From assembly GCA_021769225.1 (NCBI GenBank), contig JAETTH010000001.1, positions 7,449 through 71,448 on the forward strand: a DNA stretch of 64,000 bases, in the 5' to 3' direction. Below the pieces are notes generated by a model that ran no database searches, had not been told where the DNA came from, and saw nothing but the letters and a program-made list of their open reading frames with translations. Shown here piece after piece: positions 47,421 through 55,029 of the stretch (positions are counted from its first letter, which is position 1; the number at the start of each line of letters is the position of its first letter). A program made the translations under genes and the position numbers. Source of the stretch: Erysipelotrichaceae bacterium. Lineage in GTDB: Bacteria > Bacillota > Clostridia > TANB77 > CAG-508.

Positions 47421-48429
47421 TAGCTAACTCCTCTTTGATATAGTCTAACTTTAATAATTTTTCCTTTACTTGTTCTACATTTAAAAGTTCAGTGTTGTTA
47501 GAATTAAACTCAGATAATTTTGTCCTTTCTTCATTTCCATCTATAAAATATTTATCGTAGTTTAAATCTCTTTTATCACATGGTACACGGTAGAAATTTC
47601 CCATATCAATAGCATGAACACACTCTTCGTTTGTAAGAAGTGTTTCATACATCTTCTCTCCATGACGGATTCCAATAATCTTGGTTTCTTCTTTTTCAGC
47701 ACCAAATAATTCTTTTACTGCTTGTGCTAATACTTCAATTGTACAAGCTGGTGCTTTTTGAACCATAATATCTCCTGCTTCTGCATTTTGGAAAGCAAAA
47801 ATAACGAGCTCTACAGCCTCCTCTAAACTCATAATAAAACGAGTCATTTTAGGTTCTGTAATGGTAAGTGGCTTTCCTGCTTTAATTTGTTCAATAAATA
47901 GTGGGATTACGGAACCTCTTGAACACATAACATTTCCATATCTTGTTGCACAGATTGTTGTTCTTTTGGGATCAACAGTTCTAGATTTAGCTACAATTAC
48001 TTTTTCCATCATAGCTTTTGATGTTCCCATTGCATTGACTGGGTAAGCTGCTTTATCCGTTGATAAACAAATTACTTTTTTAACACCTTCATCAATTGCT
48101 GCTTGAAGTACGTTATCTGTACCAAGTACATTGGTTTTTACCGCCTCTAATGGAAAAAATTCACAGCTTGGAACTTGTTTTAATGCTGCAGCATGAAAAA
48201 TATAATCTACCCCATGCATTGCATTTTTAACACTTGCTAAATCTCTTACATCTCCAATATAGAATTTAATTTTATCATTATGATATTCTTTTCTCATATC
48301 ATCTTGTTTTTTCTCATCACGTGAGAAAATTCTAATTTCTCCTATGTCAGTATTTAAGAATCGATTTAAAACAGCATGTCCAAATGATCCGGTACCTCCT
48401 GTAATCATTAATGTCTTTCCTTCAAACAT
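47407..48429 (-). CDS. fnlA: UDP-GlcNAc 4,6-dehydratase/5-epimerase (FnlA/CapE/WbjB type)
   Basis: LMITGGTGSFG, FHAAALKQVP, STDKA...MGTSKA. Start set at ATG 48429, preceded by AAAGGTGA. Confidence 0.9.
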   Translation of the reverse strand: MFEGKTLMITGGTGSFGHAVLNRFLNTDIGEIRIFSRDEKKQDDMRKEYHNDKIKFYIGDVRDLASVKNAMHGVDYIFHAAALKQVPSCEFFPLEAVKTNVLGTDNVLQAAIDEGVKKVICLSTDKAAYPVNAMGTSKAMMEKVIVAKSRTVDPKRTTICATRYGNVMCSRGSVIPLFIEQIKAGKPLTITEPKMTRFIMSLEEAVELVIFAFQNAEAGDIMVQKAPACTIEVLAQAVKELFGAEKEETKIIGIRHGEKMYETLLTNEECVHAIDMGNFYRVPCDKRDLNYDKYFIDGNEERTKLSEFNSNNTELLNVEQVKEKLLKLDYIKEELANWKK

Positions 48430-48464
48430 TTTTATCACCTTTCTTTTCTTCTTTATTTAATATG

Positions 48465-49673
48465 TTAGTTAAATATTATTGTTTCTATTTTATTTAATAA
48501 CATTTCTTTTTCATAGTTTTTTTTGAAATAGTTTAGGGCATTTTGAGATAATTGATTTCTTTCTTTCTCATTTAACCTAACTGCTTTTTCAATCATTTCT
48601 GCTAATTTTTCGCTATTTCCTGATTCTACACAAAATCCAGCTTTTGAATCTTCAATCACATCTTTTACTTCACCATCAATGCATCCCAATACAGGAATTC
48701 CACAGGCAAAATAAGATTGTAACTTCGCTGGCAGAATTTGTTCTGATATTCTATCTTTTTTTAAGGATATAAAAGCCATGTCACACATTGCATAATATTT
48801 AGGAATTTCTGTTGCTGGCTTCTTATCGATAAAATGAACATATTTTTCTAAGTCATTTTTCTCTACTTGTTTCATTAGATTTTCTTTTGCTCTTCCATTT
48901 CCTACAAGGAAGATTTTTACTTTTAAATTTTTTTCTTTCAATATTTTAGCAGTATCGATTAAAACATCTAATCCCTGTGCTTGTCCTATATTGCCTGCAA
49001 AAATAATGTGAAAGAAATCGTCTTGCTTAATTTGTATGTCCTGACAATTTTCTTGTAGCACTGGCTTATAAAATTCTTCTGCATATTGTGGCCAAAAGCT
49101 AATTTTCTCTTTACTATGTCCTCTTTTTTCAATTTCTTTTATAAAGCTTTTTGATGATGTAATGATATTATCACACTTCTTGTATATGTAATCCACCATT
49201 TTTCCTACTAAATGTAGAACTTTTTGATTATGTATTCCAGTTGCAAGTTCAATACTTTCTGGCCATAAATCCATTACATAAATACTACATTTTATTTTCT
49301 TTCTTTTTGCATACCATACTCCTGGTAGTGCTTGTGTCATTGGTGAAACTTCATATATAAATACTTGATCAAAATCTCTTTTGGTAAATTTTGAGAAGAA
49401 AAATCCAGATATAACAAAAGAAATATAGTTTAGCATTAGCATAATGGAATTTTTCCCTCTTGGAATAATTGGTAATCGAATAATTTCTACTCCATCTATT
49501 GTTTCTTTTCTTTTTTTAAAGATTCCATAGTTTTGATAATATTTTCCTTCAGGGTAATTGGGTATTCCAGTTACAACAGTAACATGATGCCCTCGATTTA
49601 CCCATTCTTTACAAATATCATTAATTCGAAACTGTTCTGGATTATAATATTGTGATATTACTAATAAATTCAT
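48465..49673 (-). CDS. GT4 glycosyltransferase of the WbuB/CapL (L-FucNAc transferase-like) type
   Basis: MNLLVISQYYNPEQFRINDI...GIPNYPEGKYY N-terminus characteristic of WbuB-like enzymes. Adjacent to the fnl genes. Confidence 0.75.
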   Translation of the reverse strand: MNLLVISQYYNPEQFRINDICKEWVNRGHHVTVVTGIPNYPEGKYYQNYGIFKKRKETIDGVEIIRLPIIPRGKNSIMLMLNYISFVISGFFFSKFTKRDFDQVFIYEVSPMTQALPGVWYAKRKKIKCSIYVMDLWPESIELATGIHNQKVLHLVGKMVDYIYKKCDNIITSSKSFIKEIEKRGHSKEKISFWPQYAEEFYKPVLQENCQDIQIKQDDFFHIIFAGNIGQAQGLDVLIDTAKILKEKNLKVKIFLVGNGRAKENLMKQVEKNDLEKYVHFIDKKPATEIPKYYAMCDMAFISLKKDRISEQILPAKLQSYFACGIPVLGCIDGEVKDVIEDSKAGFCVESGNSEKLAEMIEKAVRLNEKERNQLSQNALNYFKKNYEKEMLLNKIETIIFN

Positions 49674-49682
49674 TTTCTTGTA

Positions 49683-50540
49683 TTAACTTCTCCTTATTGA
49701 ATCCTCATTTTCTACTACAATATAGCTAAAATCACCTGAAAGCTTTTTATCATAGATCTTATTTCCAAATACTTTATTAATAAAGTTAATATATTTTGAT
49801 AAAAATTTGATAATTGGATTAAATATTTTAACAAAATGCATCTTTTTTCCTTGTTGTTCTGCTAGTATTCTAATAATTTCTTTTGTTGAAATATATTCTT
49901 TATTTTGAGGATAGTATACTCCTGAAAGTTCTTGGTCAATTGTTTGTTTAAAAAATTCACAAAGATTATCAATATAAATCATACTTCTTTGGTTTTCAAT
50001 ATCTGGAAAGATTGGACTGATTTGAGCTAATTTTTTTAATTTTGGAAAATTTCCTTTACAATTTGGTCCATATACCATTGGTGTTCGTATAATAACTGTT
50101 TTAAAATTCTCATCTGCCAATCTTTGAATTGCTAAATCGGCATCTAGTTTACTTTGTCCATAGAAATCACTTGCTTGTGGTTCTGTATTTTCATTAATAA
50201 CTTTTTCTTCTCCGATTTTGGCGTCTTTTCCATAAATAATCATACTGCTCATAAAAATAAATTGTTTTACACCTAATTCTTTAGCCTTTTTAGCTACTTC
50301 AATTGCTAAATCACGATTTACTTTATAGTATAAATCTTCTAAATTTGGATCAGCTGAGACATGAGCAATTCCTGCCACATGTAAAATGGTATCATATGGA
50401 CTTAAGTCTATTTTTTTCCACTCATCATTTTGGGTTTCTACCTCTGTTACTTCATAATATTTGCTATCTTGTGATTCTAACCATTTTTTTAGATGAGTAC
50501 CAATATAACTATCTTTTCCTGTTATTAGGATTTTTTTCAT
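49683..50540 (-). CDS. NAD-dependent epimerase/dehydratase family protein (CapN-like reductase/epimerase)
   Basis: Rossmann KILITGKDSYIGTHL and YGQSK catalytic dyad. 285 aa, adjacent to the initiating transferase. Confidence 0.75.
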   Translation of the reverse strand: MKKILITGKDSYIGTHLKKWLESQDSKYYEVTEVETQNDEWKKIDLSPYDTILHVAGIAHVSADPNLEDLYYKVNRDLAIEVAKKAKELGVKQFIFMSSMIIYGKDAKIGEEKVINENTEPQASDFYGQSKLDADLAIQRLADENFKTVIIRTPMVYGPNCKGNFPKLKKLAQISPIFPDIENQRSMIYIDNLCEFFKQTIDQELSGVYYPQNKEYISTKEIIRILAEQQGKKMHFVKIFNPIIKFLSKYINFINKVFGNKIYDKKLSGDFSYIVVENEDSIRRS

Positions 50541-50555
50541 TTTGTTTTATCTCCT

Positions 50556-51197
50556 TTATTTCTTTTCTTGTTCGCTTTCTATTTTTTCTTTGTTTTCTCC
50601 TTGTGTTCCTTCCACTACTCCATCATGTTTAAATACGTTAATGATTGTTTTAAAGAAGATTTTAATGTCAAATCCCAGCGACATTTTTTCTACATATTCA
50701 CCATCAAATTTTGCTTTTACTGGAATAGCAAGTTCATCACGTCCATTTACCTGTGCCCATCCAGTAAGTCCTGGAACCACATCATTTGCATGATATTTAT
50801 CTCTTTCTGCAATTAAATCATCTTGGTTCCAAAGTGCAGGTCTTGGTCCTACAATACTCATTTCTCCTTTTAAAATATTGATAATTTGAGGTAATTCATC
50901 TAAACTTGTTTTTCTCAAGAATTTTCCTACTTTTGTGATATAGGAATCTGCATTTTTTAGTAGATGTGTTGGTGTGTCTTTTGGTGTGTCAATTTTCATC
51001 GTTCTGAATTTTAAAATATTGAAATACTTTTTATTTTTCCCTACCCTTTTTTGTTTGAATAAAATTGGTCCTTTTGAATCAATTTTAATAGCAATAATGA
51101 TAATTAAAAATACTGGTGATAGTATAATTAATCCAATTAATGATAATACAAAATCAACTACTCTTTTTACTCCTAAATAAAAATTTTTTTCTTTCAT
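50556..51197 (-). CDS. Undecaprenyl-phosphate sugar phosphotransferase (small bacterial sugar transferase, CapM/PglC-like)
   Basis: One N-terminal TM, ILFKQKRVGKNKKYFNILKFRTM, SLDELPQIINILKGEMSIVGPRP, PGLTGWAQVNGR. Confidence 0.88.
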   Translation of the reverse strand: MKEKNFYLGVKRVVDFVLSLIGLIILSPVFLIIIIAIKIDSKGPILFKQKRVGKNKKYFNILKFRTMKIDTPKDTPTHLLKNADSYITKVGKFLRKTSLDELPQIINILKGEMSIVGPRPALWNQDDLIAERDKYHANDVVPGLTGWAQVNGRDELAIPVKAKFDGEYVEKMSLGFDIKIFFKTIINVFKHDGVVEGTQGENKEKIESEQEKK

Positions 51198-51224
51198 AAA
51201 ATTCCCTCACATTTCTTGATTTAT

Positions 51225-51728
51225 TTACTCTGTTTGTTTCTTCTTTTTAATTCCTTCTGCTAATGCTTTATATACTGAAATTATGATTAGTACAATGATA
51301 ATTCCAATGATAATTCCTCCTGTGTCAATTAAGACATCTCGAAATTCTGCACTTCTACCAGGAATAAAGTATTGATGAATCTCATCTGATACTGCATATG
51401 TTGCTCCAATTAAGATACTAATTAAGAGTTTCTTTAGTAGGATTATTTGATAAGTACTAATAAAGCTCATAATTATGATTCCTGCTAATGTATAGATTGA
51501 TAGATGTGCTAGCTTTCTTACAATTGGTTGTAGTCTTTCTTCCAATCTATCCTTTTGATTCTCTGTTAAATCTTTAGTATATGGAAAGTGATCAATTAAC
51601 CCTCTAATTACTTTTCCACTTGTTCCTTTTGATTGAGTCGCAGGTTGATGTGAAAAGTAAAAGATTAATCCAAATATGCCTATCATTAAAACTAATAAAA
51701 TGATTCTAAAAATTGTCATTTTTTTCAT
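51225..51728 (-). CDS. VanZ-like family membrane protein
   Basis: Four TM helices with HLSIYTLAG and DEIHQYFIPGRSAEFRDVLIDTGG blocks. The start is ambiguous (ATG 51728 or 51719) and overlaps the capD-like 3' end. Confidence 0.75.
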   Translation of the reverse strand: MKKMTIFRIILLVLMIGIFGLIFYFSHQPATQSKGTSGKVIRGLIDHFPYTKDLTENQKDRLEERLQPIVRKLAHLSIYTLAGIIIMSFISTYQIILLKKLLISILIGATYAVSDEIHQYFIPGRSAEFRDVLIDTGGIIIGIIIVLIIISVYKALAEGIKKKKQTE

Positions 51729-53610
51729 ATTTATCTTTTTCTTGTTTTGCCTCCTCTTGATAAGTTGGAACAACTTGTTTTACTGTATGCTTAATTTCTT
51801 CTATTGGAGTTTCCTCGTTTTGAATTATTGTAGAAAGAATACTTAATTTTTCTTCTATTTGATTCATGGTAATATCTAAAGGTTCTGCGACAAATATTTT
51901 ATTATGTGCCGTTTTTTCTAATCCTTCTTCTGACATTAGTAATTCTTCATATAGTTTTTCTCCAGGTCTTAATCCAGTAATTTGAATTGGGATATCTACA
52001 TTAGGTTCTAAACCAGATAGTTTGATTAAGCTTTCTGCTAGGTCATATATTTTAACTGGTTCTCCCATATCCAATACAAAAATCTCTCCACCTTTTGCAT
52101 AAGTCATAGCTTGCAAAACTAGTTGAACTGCTTCTGGTATTGTCATAAAAAATCTAGTAATATCACGATGAGTTACTGTAACTGGGCCCCCAGATGCAAT
52201 TTGTTTTTTAAATAAAGGAACCACTGAACCATTGCTTCCCAATACATTTCCAAATCGAACAGCGGCAAATTCTGTATCACTAACCTTATTTTTTGCCTGT
52301 ACAATCATTTCGCACATTCTCTTAGTTGCTCCCATAATATTGGTTGGGTTAACTGCTTTGTCTGTTGAAATAAGTACAAATCGTCTTACTTTGTATTTAT
52401 CACAGGCATTTACTACATTATATGTTCCAAAGATGTTATTTTTAATAGCTTCTAATGGACTTGCTTCCATTAATGGTACATGTTTATGAGCTGCTGCGTG
52501 GAATACTAAATATGGTCTATATTCTTCAAATATTTTCTCTAATCTTTTTTTGTCTCTTACACTTGCAATAATAGCAGTAATTTTAGCTTTAGGATAGTTT
52601 CTTTTTAATTCCATCTCAATGTCATATAAACTGTTTTCGTAAATATCTACCATTACTAATTCTTTTGGGTTATATTTAATAATTTGTCTACAAAGCTCTG
52701 AACCAATAGAGCCTCCACCACCTGTTACCATAATGACATGGTCTTTAATTAATTCTGATATATTTTGATTGTCTAATGTGATTGGCTCTCTTCCTAGAAT
52801 GTCTTCGATTTCCACATCTCTTAGATTTTCCATGATGCTCTTATTATTAATTAAGTCTTCTGTACTTGGTAAAATTCTAAGTTTTGCTCCTGTATTTTGA
52901 CAAATATTTAATATCTCTTTTTTGTTTTTATTGTCAATTTTGGAAATAGAGAAGAAAATCAAATCCACTTTTGCTTCTTTGCAGATTTTAACAATGTCAT
53001 TTCTAGTTCCTACAATTTTTACTCCTGAAATAGAACATTTCAATTTGTTTTTATCATCGTCAATGATTCCAACAATATTGTAAGCATCTCTCATACTCTC
53101 TTTAATTGTTTTAATGATATCTTTACTTGCATTTCCCCCTCCTATAATTAGCAAATTCTTTCTTTTTTGAATAATTTCTCCATTGGGAATTAAGATTTGA
53201 TTTGTCATAAGAAAACGTATCATAACACGATAAGAAATAAGTACTACTCCAGCTAAAATGGCAGCTAATAAATTTTCTTTAGCTGATGCTAAATGTAAGT
53301 TAAAGATAAAATTTAGCATGGAAATAACATTACAAGATACAAGACAAGCTAAGATGTATGAAAAATAATCTTTTCCACTTTCATACCTAGTAATGTTTCG
53401 ATAAATACTAAATAGATTAAAAAATATTTGGTATATAACAATTGCTATTAAAATGGTATAATTAATTGTTTTTATGTGTGCTGCTGTCATGTGAAAAACG
53501 TCTTCTAATACAAATATTTGTGCTACATAGTAACTTGCAGCAATGATACATATATCTATCAAAAATAATAATAATTTGCTATATCGATTAAAGGATTTTG
53601 GTAAATTCAT
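51706..53610 (-). CDS. capD: Membrane-anchored polysaccharide biosynthesis protein CapD/PglF/WbpM type (UDP-sugar 4,6-dehydratase)
   Basis: Four N-terminal TM helices, first Rossmann LLIIGGGNA, second VTGGGGSIGSEL, STDKAVNPTNIMGATKR. Confidence 0.88.
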   Translation of the reverse strand: MNLPKSFNRYSKLLLFLIDICIIAASYYVAQIFVLEDVFHMTAAHIKTINYTILIAIVIYQIFFNLFSIYRNITRYESGKDYFSYILACLVSCNVISMLNFIFNLHLASAKENLLAAILAGVVLISYRVMIRFLMTNQILIPNGEIIQKRKNLLIIGGGNASKDIIKTIKESMRDAYNIVGIIDDDKNKLKCSISGVKIVGTRNDIVKICKEAKVDLIFFSISKIDNKNKKEILNICQNTGAKLRILPSTEDLINNKSIMENLRDVEIEDILGREPITLDNQNISELIKDHVIMVTGGGGSIGSELCRQIIKYNPKELVMVDIYENSLYDIEMELKRNYPKAKITAIIASVRDKKRLEKIFEEYRPYLVFHAAAHKHVPLMEASPLEAIKNNIFGTYNVVNACDKYKVRRFVLISTDKAVNPTNIMGATKRMCEMIVQAKNKVSDTEFAAVRFGNVLGSNGSVVPLFKKQIASGGPVTVTHRDITRFFMTIPEAVQLVLQAMTYAKGGEIFVLDMGEPVKIYDLAESLIKLSGLEPNVDIPIQITGLRPGEKLYEELLMSEEGLEKTAHNKIFVAEPLDITMNQIEEKLSILSTIIQNEETPIEEIKHTVKQVVPTYQEEAKQEKDKYEKNDNF

Positions 53611-53646
53611 TTTGCTTTCCCCTTATACATTTGTAATTCTTGGTTG

Positions 53647-53675
53647 ATTATATAACACTATACTATAAAATGCAA
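53647..53675 (-). promoter_or_regulatory. Candidate sigma-A promoter of the polysaccharide operon (TTGCAT-17-TATAAT)
   Basis: Minus strand: -35 at 53670-53675, 17-nt spacer, -10 at 53647-53652, about 37 nt upstream of the capD-like ATG. Confidence 0.55.
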
Positions 53676-53751
53676 CGTTTTTAACTATATTTTTTGATAT
53701 AATTTGTCTCTATTTTTCGCTTTTTGTTACTAAGGTTTTCTTTAAAATTTT

Positions 53752-53786
53752 CTAAAAAAAGAAGATAGTTTTTAACCTATCTTCTT
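53752..53786 (-). terminator. Rho-independent terminator after the LCP gene
   Basis: 10-bp stem AAGAAGATAG/CTATCTTCTT, 8-nt loop, T7 on the minus strand. Confidence 0.75.
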
Positions 53787-53806
53787 ACCTTTTTTACCCT
53801 TATTTG

Positions 53807-54811
53807 TTAGTTTTTATATCCTGTTTTATTAATAATGGAATTACTAATTTGTTTTACATTTTCTGATGGTTCATAGTCTTCTTCATTAAATAACTCTTTA
53901 TGTAGTCTAGAAACATTTTCTTCTAATGTCACCGGTGCTGCATACCAAGCAGCTCCCGTATATCCTTTTACTTCATATGGCCATCCAATGCTATCTCCAA
54001 TTTTAAATGATGCTACCTCTGGAAGTAATCCCAATATTTCACCACTACTAATATTAGTACGAACATGTGGTAAGATGGTATCTGCTAAAGAGTTTAATTG
54101 TCCAACACTTAGAGTTTTTACTTTATTAAATACAGCCATTAATACATTTCTCATTCTTTCTGTTCGCTTATAGTCTGTATCAATCTTTCGAATTCTTGCA
54201 TATGCTAATGCTTGTTGTCCATTTAATCTATGGGTACCTGCTGTTGTAATTCCTACCGCTTTCATGTCATCTGAACCAGCTTCTGCACTAGTTAAGTTAA
54301 TAGATACTCCTCCAACTGCATCTACAACTGTTTTTACTGTATCAAAATTAATTGTTACATATTCCGTAATATTTAAATCTAAATTTGTATTTAATGTACT
54401 AAGAGCAAGTTTGGCTCCTCCATATGCATAAGCATGTGTTACTTTATCTAGACTTCTACCTGTTAATTCTAGATAAGTGTCACGATATACCGAAAGTAAT
54501 TTGACATCTTTTGTTTCTTGGTTAATACTTACAATGATGATGCAATCACTTCTACCACTATAAGAATCTGATCTGTCATCAACACCAAATATTGCAATAT
54601 TTCGATAGCCAGATAGCTTTTCTCCAATTCCACTATTTACTTCTATTTCATCAGCTGCTAAATTGTCATAATCAATTTTGCCTAATTTATCTTGAATATA
54701 CCAATATCCAATTCCACATACAACACCTAGAATAATTGCTAAGATTGCTAGGATAACAATAAATGTTCTAAAAAACATTGCTCCTTTTGTTACTCTTTTC
54801 TTTTTACTCAA
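53807..54811 (-). CDS. LytR-CpsA-Psr (LCP) family polymer ligase/regulator
   Basis: Short basic N-terminus, one TM, LCP domain (NIAIFGVDDRSD...RSDCIIIVSIN...RDTY...). Apparent TTG start at 54811, 8 nt after AGAGGT. Confidence 0.85.
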   Translation of the reverse strand: MSKKKRVTKGAMFFRTFIVILAILAIILGVVCGIGYWYIQDKLGKIDYDNLAADEIEVNSGIGEKLSGYRNIAIFGVDDRSDSYSGRSDCIIIVSINQETKDVKLLSVYRDTYLELTGRSLDKVTHAYAYGGAKLALSTLNTNLDLNITEYVTINFDTVKTVVDAVGGVSINLTSAEAGSDDMKAVGITTAGTHRLNGQQALAYARIRKIDTDYKRTERMRNVLMAVFNKVKTLSVGQLNSLADTILPHVRTNISSGEILGLLPEVASFKIGDSIGWPYEVKGYTGAAWYAAPVTLEENVSRLHKELFNEEDYEPSENVKQISNSIINKTGYKN

Positions 54812-54963
54812 ATTTTTCTACCTCTCTTCTGTCGTTTTTTACATTATACAATAAATCTTTTAAAAGTAAATAGTTTTTTATGAAAATAATTCTTAAATCT
54901 TAATGAATAAACTTTGGAAACTACTAAATAAAACACTAGTTTAATTTTAAAAACATACATCTA

Positions 54964-55019
54964 AACAGATGAAAAGGAGATTATAAAATTTATCTCCTTT
55001 TTGTTTTATGTCATCTGTA
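54964..55019 (-). terminator. Nested hairpin terminator after the ABC permease gene
   Basis: Inner stem AAAGGAGAT/ATCTCCTTT and outer stem ACAGATGA/TCATCTGT. A T-run follows on the minus strand. Confidence 0.65.
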
Positions 55020-55029
55020 TTTTTAAATT

